A stretch of DNA of 33,747 nt from Nitrososphaeria archaeon (GTDB lineage Archaea > Thermoproteota > Nitrososphaeria > Conexivisphaerales > UBA164), in NCBI GenBank assembly GCA_029775955.1, contig JARVJW010000087.1, forward strand, positions 1 through 33,747, in the 5' to 3' direction. Positions 1 through 11,183 of the stretch are shown one piece after another (within the stretch, counting starts at the first letter, position 1; each line of letters opens with the position of its first letter). Below the pieces are notes generated by a model. It saw only the letters and a program-made list of their open reading frames with translations. It did no database searches and was not told the DNA's origin. Made by a program: the position numbers and the translations under genes.

Positions 1-50
1 CAACTTGACACTTATGTCAACTATTTCTGTCATCACCTGATTTATAGTGT

Positions 51-873
51 TTGTCATCAAGTGTTGTCATGCCCATTGATATATCCTGGCACGACTATAA
101 CGAAGCATTAGTGGAAAGGGGAAGCATGATCCTGTACTCCTGGAAGGAGGAGCTGCGAGAGATGAACGGCAGCAATAAGGTAGGTTCGTGTACCCGGATT
201 CGTACATCGAATTCCCCTCGTACCTCAAGGTTGGCCTTGACATACAGGACCGTACAGGGGATTACCAGGTCGCTCTCCGAATACTTTAAACCCATGCAGG
301 AAATACGCTTCACTCATATAATTATGCTGTCCATGGTGAAGAAAAGGAAGTTAGGGCCGATCATGGCTACAAATGACAAGGAGGGGCCATAGTTGTGGAC
401 TCGGCATATCCACCACAAAGAAGGGCCCCTATATAGAGCAGATGTGGAGGAGGAAGCTCATCAAGCTGCACATAATGGCCGATAGGAAGGGCAAGGTGGT
501 CGGGTTCAGGGTCACCTCTGAAAGGACCGGCGACACCAAGAAGTTCGTGCCCCTCGTAAAGGAGACAGTAAGGAAGAAGGGGAACGTAACGAAGGCCTAC
601 GCCGCCTACGACTCAAAGAAGGAGCGGCTGGGCATAGAGCCGGCCATAAACCTGAGGGAGAACGCTGTAGCCAACTCTGAGGGGTCCTATGCCAGGAAGC
701 GGGAGGTCTTTAACAGGCTAGGACGTGAGGGATGGAAGCGGGCTAAGGAGTACGGTGGCTGGTGGAGATATTCTTCTCTGTATCAAGAGGGTGACAGCGT
801 AAGCTCTAGACGATTTTAGAAGGCTGAGCTGTCGCTAAAGGTGTTACTGTACAGCAAGTTTCAGTCCATGTAG
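51..873 (+). pseudogene. IS5-family (IS903-like group) DDE transposase, frameshifted
   Basis: Fragments in several frames: WHDYNEALVERG...SWKEELREMN, LTYRTVQGITRSL, IKLHIMAD, AYAAYDS, GIEPAINLRENA, EGWKRAKEYG, and a C-terminal KAELSLKVLLYSKFQSM* ending at 873. Confidence 0.85.
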
Positions 874-945
874 GGAAGGAAGGAACTCGCCTGCTGGACC
901 CGTCCTACGGAGAGGAATTGCATTAACAGGAGTTGGGCTACAAGC

Positions 946-1019
946 TACCTCTACTGCGAAGGCTGATAAGTTTGTTCCCATGTTGCAAGAAGTCCCGTCC
1001 GCGGGGCTGGGTAGTTCAC
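946..1019 (+). mobile_element. Right end (omegaRNA-scaffold region) of an IS200/IS605 tnpB element
   Basis: Imperfect GC-rich hairpin followed by GGGTAGTTCAC; closely similar to 27143-27214. Confidence 0.7.
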
Positions 1020-1029
1020 TGCGAAAAAA

Positions 1030-4000
1030 TCATATTTTTATGTAGATGTCCTTTTCATCCAAGTTCATTTTTATGAATGCCTCATCGTTTGGCTTTCCCT
1101 GATGCGAGGTCACTTTCCTGACCCTCGTTAAACCCCCAAGAACGCTCTCCACGTTATGAATTACCTCATAAAGTTCTGCATCATCGATGTAAAGTTCTGC
1201 ACTACCAATTATGTCCGTCGGGTTGTATCCCCTTTCCTTCCTAGCATACTGAATTCTTCTTGCCACATCCCTGACGTACCCTTCTTTTACAAGCCCTACA
1301 TCCCTATCTAGGCTCAGGACCACAATCGTGTTTCTGTCAGCTGCCAGTTCATAGCCCTCCTTTGGCAGGTACTTTATATCAAACATGTATGCTGGAACAG
1401 TATATTTTCCAGCAACAACAAAACCAGTCATTATTATCTGTTCAATTAGGCTGCCCTCAGGAGTGCTTTGAATGGCTTTTTCCACATCAAGGGCCTCCCT
1501 TTTGAATGCCCTTCCAAGCTCCCCCTTCCTGACAGTAACCATAATGTCGATTGGCAGTTCACCCGGCGTTTTAACTGCAATTATTTCTTTCACATTTGAC
1601 AATTGGCTAATCAGTTCAAAATGTGATTTATTCATGCCCTCCTTGGAGAAGAGGAGCATTTTATTTAACGGCCACCTCCTCTTGAGCCTGGCCTTCATCC
1701 TTGCGCTGTTGGACAATGACACGATGTTCCATACAAAACTGTACTTATCTATCAACGACCTGTCTACTAATGCTGAATCAATGGGCTCAAATCCATAAAC
1801 AATTATCGATTCCCTTGCCCCAAATGTGCTTTCAAAAATGCTGTCAGTCAAATAGGGTGCAATCGGATGCAACAGTATATCCAATGACCTGAGCAGCTTT
1901 CCCATGGTCCAGTAAATTCCATTTCTCCTTTCGCTCATTTCCAGCGAATCGTCCCACAGTTCGTTCCTTATTGTTGGCACGTACTTTTGGCTCAGTTCCT
2001 CTATTAGAAATCTATCCAGTATCCTTACCATTTCGTTTATTTTTCTCTTTTCATAAAACTCCATGTAGCTTTTGACAACTTCGCTGAGTTCGCTGATTAT
2101 CCATCTTTCCTTCTCGGAAATTTTTCCCCTGTTTTCCTCAGACCATCTGTATCCATCGTACTTCGAATTTATTGAATAGTATATATGAAGGTTGTTAAGC
2201 GTGTTCAGTATCTGATAGGGCCTTTCCATCATTTCTTTTCTGTCAAAATTAAGCGTATCTATTGGGCTTGCCTTCCATATTAGGTATAGCCTCACAAGGT
2301 CAGCTGGGTACTTGCTGAGAATGTCTCTTGCGTAAATTACATTGCCCTTGCTCTTGCTCATTTTCTCCCCCTTTTCGTCAACAACATGGCCAGTAAATAG
2401 AAATGACCTATATGGCGACTTGCCATTTAACACCACACCCTCGATCAGGAGGGTATAGGCCCATCCCCGTGTCTGGTCTATAGCTTCTGTTAGGAATTCT
2501 GCAGGCACCAAACTGCTATATTCTTCTTTGTTAAGTGAGGCATATGGCGCCGCCCCGCTGTTGTGCCAGGTGTCCAGGACAAATGGCTCCCTGTATGCAC
2601 TTCCACCGCAATATGGGCATTTAATAATCACCCTATCTATCCATGGCTTGTGAAGCTCAAAGTCCACACCATCAGGGAGGCTTACCGCGTTGCCTATTAT
2701 TTCCTTCTTACTGAAGAGATAAATCTTCTTACCACAGTTTTTGCAAACCCATACTGGCAGGGGCGTGCCCCAAACCCTCTCCCTGCTTATACACCAGGGC
2801 TTCCTCTCCCTTATTATGTCAAGAAACCTGTTCTTTGGTTGTTCGTAAAAATATTCAACCTTGGAAGCTTGGTCCAGCGCTAGTTCCCCTATCTTTCCTA
2901 TGTCGTAAAAGTACTCCTTCCTGGCAACATATATAAGCTTGTGTCCAGACCTCCAGCATGTGGGATATGAGTGCTTTATTTTACCGTATTTAACCAGAAG
3001 CCCCTTACCCTTAAGGTCTTCAGCTATTATATCATCGGCGTCTCTTACAAATAACCCGGTATATTTTCCCGCCTGGTCGGTGAATCTCACCTGGTCGTCT
3101 ATTGGATTAAATACCGGCAAATTTCTCTTTTTGCCAACTTCGAAATCATCTTCGCCATTTGCTGGGCTGAGATGCACTATGCCACTTCCAGCAGCAACAT
3201 CTACGAATTCCTCAGCCAGGACAAAGTGAGCCTTTCCTTCCTCAAACATCTTTTTCTGAGCCGGAATCTGTTCAAGGAGAGGAGGCACATACCTGTTACC
3301 TTCAAGTTCGCTGCCCTTAAAATCACCCAATATCACCGGTTCGATTTTCACTGTTTTTATGAACGAGTCAAGTGAAGTGCTGCCTACAAGCCAAGTTTCA
3401 TTCCCTACCTTTAATTTTTTGTATATCTCATCAGGATTAACTGCAACAGCCTCATCAGTTACAATTGTAAAAGGCATAGTTGTCCAAACTATAAGGTATA
3501 GGTCCTTGTCCATAAGCTTTACTTTATAGAACAGGCTGGGGTCTGTTACTTCCTTGTAACCCAGGGCAACTTCGCTGTTGCTCAAGCTTGTCTGGCAGCT
3601 TGGGCAGTACGCTACAACCCTGTAGTCCTCATAAAGCAGACCCTTTTCATTTGCAGCCTTCAGTATTTCCCATTCCCTTTCAATGTACTCATCATGGTAG
3701 GTCCAGTATGCCAAGCTATAATCGAACATCATGCCAAGCGCATGGTCTGCTATTACCCATGATTCATTGTATTTGTGCACTACTTCCTTGCACTTTTTTA
3801 CTAATTCATCCTCACCAATCCTGCTGAGAACCTGATTTTTGTTGCCGGTTATGCCCAATTCTTTTTCTGCCTCCAGCTCCACTGGAAGCCCCTGCGTATC
3901 CCAACCGGCCCTGAAAACTACCCTTTTCCCCTTTAGCACCTCAATCCTGTAAAACATATCCTTAATTACTCGCCCCCTGACGTGGCCTATGTGAGGTTCG

Positions 4001-4140
4001 CCGTTCATTGTCGGAGGTCCCTCAATGAATCCCACAGCTTTCCTGCTAGTGTTATCAACAATAGCTCGTGCCCTTTTCCACTTCTCCCACTGCACACGCT
4101 GCATATTTTCGAAATTATCCAGCAAATTTGATGATTGCAA
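1030..4140 (-). CDS. ileS: Isoleucine--tRNA ligase
   Basis: GPPTMNGEPHIGH (HIGH), GWDTQGLPVE, WTT editing-domain motif, CWRS, WCISR, EAIDQTRGW, KMSKS. Start may be the TTG at 4140 or the ATG at 4104. Confidence 0.97.
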   Translation of the reverse strand: MQSSNLLDNFENMQRVQWEKWKRARAIVDNTSRKAVGFIEGPPTMNGEPHIGHVRGRVIKDMFYRIEVLKGKRVVFRAGWDTQGLPVELEAEKELGITGNKNQVLSRIGEDELVKKCKEVVHKYNESWVIADHALGMMFDYSLAYWTYHDEYIEREWEILKAANEKGLLYEDYRVVAYCPSCQTSLSNSEVALGYKEVTDPSLFYKVKLMDKDLYLIVWTTMPFTIVTDEAVAVNPDEIYKKLKVGNETWLVGSTSLDSFIKTVKIEPVILGDFKGSELEGNRYVPPLLEQIPAQKKMFEEGKAHFVLAEEFVDVAAGSGIVHLSPANGEDDFEVGKKRNLPVFNPIDDQVRFTDQAGKYTGLFVRDADDIIAEDLKGKGLLVKYGKIKHSYPTCWRSGHKLIYVARKEYFYDIGKIGELALDQASKVEYFYEQPKNRFLDIIRERKPWCISRERVWGTPLPVWVCKNCGKKIYLFSKKEIIGNAVSLPDGVDFELHKPWIDRVIIKCPYCGGSAYREPFVLDTWHNSGAAPYASLNKEEYSSLVPAEFLTEAIDQTRGWAYTLLIEGVVLNGKSPYRSFLFTGHVVDEKGEKMSKSKGNVIYARDILSKYPADLVRLYLIWKASPIDTLNFDRKEMMERPYQILNTLNNLHIYYSINSKYDGYRWSEENRGKISEKERWIISELSEVVKSYMEFYEKRKINEMVRILDRFLIEELSQKYVPTIRNELWDDSLEMSERRNGIYWTMGKLLRSLDILLHPIAPYLTDSIFESTFGARESIIVYGFEPIDSALVDRSLIDKYSFVWNIVSLSNSARMKARLKRRWPLNKMLLFSKEGMNKSHFELISQLSNVKEIIAVKTPGELPIDIMVTVRKGELGRAFKREALDVEKAIQSTPEGSLIEQIIMTGFVVAGKYTVPAYMFDIKYLPKEGYELAADRNTIVVLSLDRDVGLVKEGYVRDVARRIQYARKERGYNPTDIIGSAELYIDDAELYEVIHNVESVLGGLTRVRKVTSHQGKPNDEAFIKMNLDEKDIYIKI

Positions 4141-4328
4141 TTTTATCTCTTATAACCTAGCTGATTTAAAAATATTTGCAGTTCACTGCTTTGTTGCATT
4201 AATTAAAAGTTGGGCTAATTATTTAAAAATTAGGATAAATTACCCATTTAAAATAAATAATTCCTTTAATTTAAATTTAGAACTATTAACAAATTAACTA
4301 TTTTTTGATATATGCAACAAAGCACAGT

Positions 4329-6740
4329 TCACTTGCTGGTCAGCTTTTTAAGCATAATTATTTTTATGAAATCATTCACGATTAACGAGAATATCACTGA
4401 AAATCCTATGACGTACAGAACATCGATCGCGGGGATTGGTGCCAGCCCTGGAATTCCTGTAATTGATATTGTGCTACTTAAAATTATGTCTGCAATGATT
4501 GCCCCCAGCAGCACGTTGCTTGGCTTGGAGCTCCAGAAATGACCCCTCTCTCTCACGACAAATATGGTGAACATCCCGGAAAGCAGCAGTATGTCAAACC
4601 CAAATGTATGCAGCCTGCTTAAATTGCTCAACAGGCCAAAATATTTTATCCCCAGGTATTCCATCAGCAGAGATTCAAGTACAACGGCTATGCCCAAAAT
4701 TATTGAAACCCTAACCAGCCAGTTTACATCCCACCTGTCCGGCTTCTTTGACCACCTAACATGATCAGTTGAAATGGATAATGTTACAAAATCTATCAGG
4801 AACAGCAGGAGCAGCACGTCAAAGGTTCCAACTATAAATTTACCCCATATGAAAAATGCGGCAACTACGAATACAACTATCTGAAACACTTTAACTACCT
4901 TGTTAAATATCCAAGTAACTATTCTCTGGAATATCATCCTTCCGATTTTTACCAAGTCCACTATGTTGATTAGGCCATCTTGTGTGAGCACTACGCTGGC
5001 CGCTCCTTTGGCCACATCCGTAGCGCTATTTACCGCTATGCCAACTTCTGCCTGCCTTAATGCAGGCGCATCATTTACTCCATCTCCTGTCATGCCGATT
5101 ATGTGCTTTTTGAGCTGCAACGATTTGACGATCTTGTACTTATCTTCAGGGTATATTTCTGCAAAGCCGTCACTTTTTTCTATAACCTCTGCCAGCTTTG
5201 TTTCATCTGTTATTTTTCTAAACTCAGGTGCTTCAGCCACATTATCCCCAAGCCCCACAAGGCTTGCCATCCTTCTGGCAATTGGTGCCGCATCGCCAGT
5301 CAGCATTTTTACAGCAACGCCTAAGCTTCTTAACTCTGTAATCAGTTTTGATGAATCAGCCCTAGGCTTATCATAAAGACCAACAACTCCCACAAGCTCA
5401 GTTTTGTTTCCATCAATTAAACCAACGCCAAGGCTCCTGTATCCATTATTGGCCATCTTATCAACTGCATCATTGACCTGCTCCTGCATCCCTTTGTCCA
5501 TCTGACACAGCTGTGATATGATATTGACAGCCCCCTTTAAAATTTTGATTTCATGGCCATCAAAATTTACTGTCGCTTCAGTTCTTTTTGTAGCCGGGTC
5601 AAATGGAACAAACTGCTTTACAGTATATTTAGAAAAATTCAGATTCCTGCTTTTTGCATTATTAATGAATGCCATGTCTATTGGGTCCTGGTTGGCTTCC
5701 TCAGAGGCAAGTGTGCCGTATACAATTACGTCATCCTGAGTGTGGCCGTTCAGGGGCACAATATCAACTACTGATAGTGTGTTGTGAGTTATGGTTCCGG
5801 TCTTATCAACACACAGCGTATCCATGCTTGCGGCATCTTCTGATGCGCTTAGCCTAGTCACAAGCACGCCTTTTTTTGAGAGTTCCATTGAACCCAGGGC
5901 CATGGTTATTGTGAACATGGCAGGCAGCGCAACCGGTATTGCAGATACAATAAGGACAAGTGCCAGAGGCAAAAGGTCAAACAGGTTCTGCCCCTTTAAT
6001 ACGGAAAATGCAAGTGCAGCTCCTAGCAAAATAATAACTATGACAAGTAACCACTTTACTACCTGCGAGATTACCTCTTCCATGTGTAGCTTTGGTTTAG
6101 CTATCCTCACTAGTTCCGTTGTTTTCCCGAAAAATGTGCGAGGCCCTGTGCCAACAACCACTCCAGTTATTTCTCCCCTCTTGATAACTGAGCCGGAGAA
6201 TACCTGGTCCTCCTTTTCCTTGGAGACAGTCAAAGATTCTCCTGTAAGGGCTGATTGGTCAACTTCGACGTTACCTTCTATTATCCTCACGTCAGCGGGG
6301 ACAAAGTCCCCTGCCCTAACCCTTATTATATCTCCAGGAACAAGCTCCCTTGCCGAAACTGATTTCCAAGCTCCACCCCTTATCACCTTGGTCATCACGT
6401 GCAGTTTCTGCTTTAGCGCCTCAAGGGCAGAGCTGGCCCTCTGTTCCTGCGCGAATCCCAAAATGACGTTTAGAAGCAGCAAGCCGGTTACGACATAAAA
6501 ATCCAGGTCCCTGTGGAGAACAAGGGTAAGCACCATAGTGATTTCGAGCATCCACGAAGTGAGCCCCCAGAATTTTTTTGCTAAACGCTTTATCGATGAT
6601 TGCTTCTTTTCTTCTATTTCATTATACCCATATTGCTCAATGCGCTTTTTAATTTCGTCCTCTGAAAGGCCTTTATTCACATCGGTGTTCAGTTCAATTA
6701 TAACATCCTTGACCGGTTTTGGTGTATTATTGGAGCTCAT
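4329..6740 (-). CDS. Plasma-membrane proton-efflux P-type ATPase (P3A type)
   Basis: LTGES, IPVALP, DKTGT phosphorylation site, PFDP, KGA, MLTGD, MTGDGVNDAPAL; multiple transmembrane helices; 803 aa. Confidence 0.92.
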   Translation of the reverse strand: MSSNNTPKPVKDVIIELNTDVNKGLSEDEIKKRIEQYGYNEIEEKKQSSIKRLAKKFWGLTSWMLEITMVLTLVLHRDLDFYVVTGLLLLNVILGFAQEQRASSALEALKQKLHVMTKVIRGGAWKSVSARELVPGDIIRVRAGDFVPADVRIIEGNVEVDQSALTGESLTVSKEKEDQVFSGSVIKRGEITGVVVGTGPRTFFGKTTELVRIAKPKLHMEEVISQVVKWLLVIVIILLGAALAFSVLKGQNLFDLLPLALVLIVSAIPVALPAMFTITMALGSMELSKKGVLVTRLSASEDAASMDTLCVDKTGTITHNTLSVVDIVPLNGHTQDDVIVYGTLASEEANQDPIDMAFINNAKSRNLNFSKYTVKQFVPFDPATKRTEATVNFDGHEIKILKGAVNIISQLCQMDKGMQEQVNDAVDKMANNGYRSLGVGLIDGNKTELVGVVGLYDKPRADSSKLITELRSLGVAVKMLTGDAAPIARRMASLVGLGDNVAEAPEFRKITDETKLAEVIEKSDGFAEIYPEDKYKIVKSLQLKKHIIGMTGDGVNDAPALRQAEVGIAVNSATDVAKGAASVVLTQDGLINIVDLVKIGRMIFQRIVTWIFNKVVKVFQIVVFVVAAFFIWGKFIVGTFDVLLLLFLIDFVTLSISTDHVRWSKKPDRWDVNWLVRVSIILGIAVVLESLLMEYLGIKYFGLLSNLSRLHTFGFDILLLSGMFTIFVVRERGHFWSSKPSNVLLGAIIADIILSSTISITGIPGLAPIPAIDVLYVIGFSVIFSLIVNDFIKIIMLKKLTSK

Positions 6741-6806
6741 TGACGCAACCTTACCATTTTAATATTATTTATTTGTTGTCAAAAAATCATGCAGTTATTT
6801 AGGCCT

Positions 6807-7889
6807 TCAGTTGCTTTTGATTGTTCGCCTAAGTTCTTCCAGCAACTCCCTTTGCCTATCATTCAAATTAGTTGGCATAACCACCTTCACCTTAAAAATT
6901 AGGTCCCCTCTGCCAAGTCCGTGTGGCTTCGGTAATCCTTTCCCCCTTACCCTGATCACATCATCGGACTGCGTATACGGCTTTATCTTCAGTTTAATTT
7001 TTTCACCGTTCAATCCCTCTACTTCAATTTCATTTCCCAAAATTGAATCCAGAAAATTTACGCTCAAGGTTGCGATCAGGTCCTGCCTGTCCTTCCTGAA
7101 TATCTGGTTAGGTAAGATGTGCACCATAAGGTAAAGGTCACCACGCCTTCCGTTACCATAATTGCCCTCGCCCTTGATCCTGAGCTGGTCGCCGTCCTCT
7201 ACACCTGCGGGTATTTTGACCTCTATTTTTACATTTTTCCTGACCTTGCCTGTGCCTCCGCATGCCCTGCATGGCTTATCTGCAATTTTTCCAGTCCCAT
7301 GACACCTTTCACATGTGCTAACCGTTACGAAACTTGCGAAGCCAGCCCTCTTTACAACCCTCTTCTGACCGGTCCCATTGCATTCAGGGCATGTCACCCA
7401 CCTTCCGCCAGCCTCAAGGCCTGTGCCTTTACATACAGGGCACGGATCAACTCTGTCAATCTCTATTATTTTAGGCCTATCTGACATAAGGTCCTCAAGT
7501 GTCAGGTCCAGGTCATAGCCTATATCCAGGCTTTCCTGCCTGTATCCACTAAAATTTCCAAAGAAATTCTTGAATATGTCATCAAAATTAAATCCAAATC
7601 CTCTGAATACATCATCAAAATTTACGTTTCTGAAAAGGTCCTCCTCTGAGTACTGTGCATGTATGCCTTCTTCCCCGTACATGTCGTATTTCTTTCTCTT
7701 TTCTTGGTCTGAAAGGACTGCATAAGCTTCAGTTATCTCTTTAAATTTTTCTTCTGCGTCCCTTGATTTATTTACATCGGGATGGTATTTTAGTGCTAAT
7801 TTTCTGTAGGCGTTTTTGATCTCCTCTTGGCTTGCGCTTTTAGAAACCCCAAGTATTTCGTAATAGTCCTTCTTTCTCTGATAACTCAT
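6807..7889 (-). CDS. dnaJ: Chaperone DnaJ
   Basis: J domain with HPD, G/F-rich region, four CxxCxGxG repeats; follows dnaK. Confidence 0.97.
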   Translation of the reverse strand: MSYQRKKDYYEILGVSKSASQEEIKNAYRKLALKYHPDVNKSRDAEEKFKEITEAYAVLSDQEKRKKYDMYGEEGIHAQYSEEDLFRNVNFDDVFRGFGFNFDDIFKNFFGNFSGYRQESLDIGYDLDLTLEDLMSDRPKIIEIDRVDPCPVCKGTGLEAGGRWVTCPECNGTGQKRVVKRAGFASFVTVSTCERCHGTGKIADKPCRACGGTGKVRKNVKIEVKIPAGVEDGDQLRIKGEGNYGNGRRGDLYLMVHILPNQIFRKDRQDLIATLSVNFLDSILGNEIEVEGLNGEKIKLKIKPYTQSDDVIRVRGKGLPKPHGLGRGDLIFKVKVVMPTNLNDRQRELLEELRRTIKSN

Positions 7890-7895
7890 TCAGAG

Positions 7896-9755
7896 TCAGG
7901 ACACCTTTTCGCCGCTTACATCATAGGTTTTTTTATTATCTTCCGGTGATTGCTGCGCATTAGCCTGCTGACCTGCAGCCTGCTGGGAGCTTGACTGATA
8001 CATGTTGGAACCTATTTTTCCCATAAGTGATTTTATGCTTTCGATTTTTAACTTTATTGCCTCGGAATCATTTCCTTTGAGCGTTTCGCTTAACTCATTC
8101 TCAGCCTGTTCCAGGCTTTTAGCGTCAGGCTCGCTTATTTTGTCCTTCATGTCTGACCTCATTTTCCTTGAGGTGTACAAAAGCGTGTCAGCCTCATTTT
8201 TTAGCGTTGCTAGCTCTAGTTTTTTCTTGTCCTGCTCTGCATATTCCTCTGCCTCTTTAATCATTTTTTTCTTTTCATCTTCTGAAAGCCTCATTCTTGA
8301 TGTTATGGTTATTTTTGATTCCTTTCCACTTGCAGTGTCCTTGGCTGATACATGTAATATGCCGTTTGCATCAATGTCAAATGTCACTTCAATCTTTGGA
8401 ACACCACGCGGGGCAGGAGGTATACCGTCTAAGTTGAACATTCCTAATGATACATTATCTGCCGCCATAGCCCTTTCACCCTGGAGCACGTGTATCGTTA
8501 CCGTGGTCTGGAAGTCAGCTGCAGTAGTAAATATCTCAGACCTTTTTGTTGGAATTGTTGTATTCTTTTCAATCAACTTGGTAAATATTCCGCCAAGCGT
8601 CTCCACTCCTAATGATACTGGTGTTACATCAAGCAATACTATGTTTTTTATCTCACCTGCAAGGACTGCCCCCTGTATTGCTGCACCTATGGCCACAGCC
8701 TCCATGGGGTCTACACCCCTTTCTGCAGGTTTACCCATGGTGTCCTCCACGAACTTCCTCACCAGTGGCATTCTTGTCATCCCTCCTATCAGTATTACCT
8801 TATTTATGTTCTCAGGGGTGAGCTTTGCGTCTGAAAGCACTCTATCTATTGTTGGCTTTATTTTTTTTACAAGTGGCATTGCCAGCTCTTCCAGTTTGGC
8901 TCTGGTAAGGGTGTAATGCATATGCTTTGGCTGGCCGTTAACGGTCGCTATGAACGGAAGGTCGATGTCAGTAGTCAGCAAATTTGAAAGCTCTATCTTG
9001 GCCTTTTCCGCAGCCTCTCTTAACCTCATCATTGCCATTGTATCTGAATGTAGGTCTATGCCCGTATTTTTCCTAAATTCTTCCAGGAGGTAGTTCACCA
9101 GCGCCTTGTCTATATCCGAACCCCCTGTTTCATTATCACCACTGGTGGCCAATACCTGAAACACACCACCCCCAAATTCCATTATTGTTGCATCGTGAGT
9201 TCCACCGCCAAAACTGAATACGAGAATTTTCATTTCACTTTCCTGCTTGTCAATGCCGAAGGCCAGGCATGCCGCAGTTGGTTCATTGATTATCCTCATA
9301 ACTTCAAGCCCAGCTATTTCTGCGGCATCCTTCGTGGCCTGCCTCTGATTGTCATTAAAGTGAGCTGGAACGGTTATTACTGCCTTCTTAACAGGATATC
9401 CTAAATAGGTTTCTGCATCCTTTTTTATCTTTTGCAGAATAAATGACGAAATCTGCTGCGGGCTAAATTCTTTACCATAGATTTTGAATTTAAAATCTAG
9501 GCCCATTTTTCTCTTCGCTTCAAATATTGTCCCATCAGGATTAGTGACAGCCTGTCTCTTTGCGGATTCGCCTACAAGCAGCTGGTTGTCCTTCGTAAAT
9601 GCAACAACCGATGGAAACATCTTTCCAGCAATTGTAGGTCCCTCAGCGCTAGGTATTATTAAGGGCCTTCCCCCCTCCATTATGGCAGCAGCTGAATTAG
9701 TAGTGCCTAAATCTATGCCAATGATCTTTTCCTTTTGACCCTGCGAAGATGCCAT
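7896..9755 (-). CDS. dnaK: Chaperone DnaK (Hsp70)
   Basis: [54 protein letters not shown]; lacks the Gram-negative N-terminal insert. Confidence 0.98.
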   Translation of the reverse strand: MASSQGQKEKIIGIDLGTTNSAAAIMEGGRPLIIPSAEGPTIAGKMFPSVVAFTKDNQLLVGESAKRQAVTNPDGTIFEAKRKMGLDFKFKIYGKEFSPQQISSFILQKIKKDAETYLGYPVKKAVITVPAHFNDNQRQATKDAAEIAGLEVMRIINEPTAACLAFGIDKQESEMKILVFSFGGGTHDATIMEFGGGVFQVLATSGDNETGGSDIDKALVNYLLEEFRKNTGIDLHSDTMAMMRLREAAEKAKIELSNLLTTDIDLPFIATVNGQPKHMHYTLTRAKLEELAMPLVKKIKPTIDRVLSDAKLTPENINKVILIGGMTRMPLVRKFVEDTMGKPAERGVDPMEAVAIGAAIQGAVLAGEIKNIVLLDVTPVSLGVETLGGIFTKLIEKNTTIPTKRSEIFTTAADFQTTVTIHVLQGERAMAADNVSLGMFNLDGIPPAPRGVPKIEVTFDIDANGILHVSAKDTASGKESKITITSRMRLSEDEKKKMIKEAEEYAEQDKKKLELATLKNEADTLLYTSRKMRSDMKDKISEPDAKSLEQAENELSETLKGNDSEAIKLKIESIKSLMGKIGSNMYQSSSQQAAGQQANAQQSPEDNKKTYDVSGEKVS

Positions 9756-9757
9756 TT

Positions 9758-10276
9758 TTAATCACCCTTTATTACTCCCACTTTAACCACAGCTGCCCTT
9801 ATCAGCTTTCTTTTTACCATATAACCTTTTCTTAAAACTTCCACTACAGATCCTTCGAGCTTTGGATCGTCAACGTGTACCGTTGATATAGCTGCGTGAA
9901 ATGAGGGATCAAATCTCTTCCCTTCAGGGTTAATGGAGGTTACCCCCAGATTTTCCAGCTTTTTATAAAATTTAGATATAATTATACCTAGGCCGTCAAC
10001 GAATTCACCGTTATTGACTTTATCCTTTGCCCTTTGATAAGTAATCTCTAGCTCATCAAGAATTTCTAGCATTTCTGATATAACTTCAATTTCTTTTTTT
10101 TCAACAAGCTCCTCTGTGTTCCTCTTGCTCCTGTTTGTAAAATTCTCAAAATCTGCCTGCAGGTACAACAGCTTTGAACTTAAATCGTTCTTTTCCATTA
10201 TAGCCCTCTTTAAGGCATCCCTCAGTTGATTTATTACTTCATTACATCTTTTTGCGTCTTTGATCATGAGCTGCAT
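9758..10276 (-). CDS. grpE: Nucleotide exchange factor GrpE
   Basis: [23 protein letters not shown]...LIRAAVVKV; stop is 2 nt before the dnaK start. Confidence 0.95.
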   Translation of the reverse strand: MQLMIKDAKRCNEVINQLRDALKRAIMEKNDLSSKLLYLQADFENFTNRSKRNTEELVEKKEIEVISEMLEILDELEITYQRAKDKVNNGEFVDGLGIIISKFYKKLENLGVTSINPEGKRFDPSFHAAISTVHVDDPKLEGSVVEVLRKGYMVKRKLIRAAVVKVGVIKGD

Positions 10277-10314
10277 AAACAGCTTAATCCTGAAAATTTA
10301 AACGTAACGCAATT

Positions 10315-10801
10315 TTGACACTCTCTCAGCTAGAGATCATTGCTGACATAGTTCCACTTCAGGGTCTGCCAACAGCTACCAACATAGGTCTGAGAGAAGC
10401 CTGTTAACGACTTTAATTATGCTGACAGCTTGGTATTGACCTGCTTACAAACTATCAATCTACAGTTGTGCTTTCTGTACAGCATGTCTTCTAGGCATTT
10501 AGCTTATGCAGCCATTCTTCTCCCAATTTGTAAATCCTTTTTGTAATCAAGCCCAGAATTTAGAGGTTTCAGGTTCCCCTTTCTCCATGATTTGCTACTT
10601 TGCTATTACATTGAGGTCCCCGATTATTAGTCCTGCATTTTTTGCGAAAGCAGCACATTATAGCATTTCATAGTTAGTTGTTAGACGCTTCCGCTAGTTG
10701 TTGGAACTGCATTTCGTACTAAGTATCGATGAGCATTATCGATGTCCTCTCCAAGCCTCAAAGCATCGCCTAAAGGATCGAGGCTCGCGCTCAGCTTTTA
10801 G
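10315..10801 (-). mobile_element. Highly decayed IS200/IS605-type element (about 490 bp)
   Basis: On the minus strand: left-end-like GTGAC|CTAAAAGCTGAGCGCGAGCC plus hairpin, an internal LIIGDLNV remnant (RuvC-II-like), and a right-end-like CTCTAGCTGAGAGAGTGTCAA. Confidence 0.55.
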
Positions 10802-10802
10802 G

Positions 10803-11183
10803 TCACTTGATATGACGCATCATGTATTTAAGAGCTTCATCGTTTAGCACAAGATATATTGGTCCCAGCGGTGACTCCTGGGGGTCATCACACATGATTA
10901 TCCGGCCAGCATGAGCGGCCTGCCTGTTAAACATGAGCTTATGAACGCTCCCCGTGTCCGCATTTACAAGTTTCAAAAACATTGGAATCATGTTCTTGTC
11001 CTTTGCTGATTTTACTATACGACTCAGAGTGAGCTCACTGACTTTGACAGTTACCATGTCGCCCTTAAGGCTAACCTCTGGCGCGTCACCAGGGTCAACT
11101 ATATTTAGGATGGATTGTTTGACCTTCTGCGGGTCCTCTGAGGGATGTATCGTCGCACTTAAAATTGCTTCCACAACTAACAT
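10803..11183 (-). CDS. UPF0201-family archaeal putative RNA-binding protein
   Basis: ATIHPSEDPQKVKQSILNI and FNRQAAHAGRI...ESPLGPI signatures. Confidence 0.85.
   Translation of the reverse strand: MLVVEAILSATIHPSEDPQKVKQSILNIVDPGDAPEVSLKGDMVTVKVSELTLSRIVKSAKDKNMIPMFLKLVNADTGSVHKLMFNRQAAHAGRIIMCDDPQESPLGPIYLVLNDEALKYMMRHIK

Noticed and set aside
5..20. TTGACA-CTTA-TGTCAA inverted repeat
   Set aside because: Only a 6-bp stem at the window edge; cannot separate an IS end, an operator or chance
4195..4312. Very AT-rich stretch between the ATPase and ileS as a possible replication origin
   Set aside because: No ORB-like repeats and no adjacent cdc6/orc1; compatible with terminator or promoter sequence
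8002..8916. 304-aa plus-strand ORF antisense to dnaK, plus many other opposite-strand ORFs (e.g. 5791-6498, 20977-21537)
   Set aside because: Shadow frames of well-supported genes; long antisense ORFs opposite dnaK are a known artefact, and none has recognisable motifs
10315..10341. CIRCE-like TTGACACTC-N9-GAGATCATT upstream of grpE
   Set aside because: The right half matches poorly, HrcA/CIRCE is a bacterial system, and the sequence is better explained as an IS605 right end (GAGTGTCAA on the minus strand)
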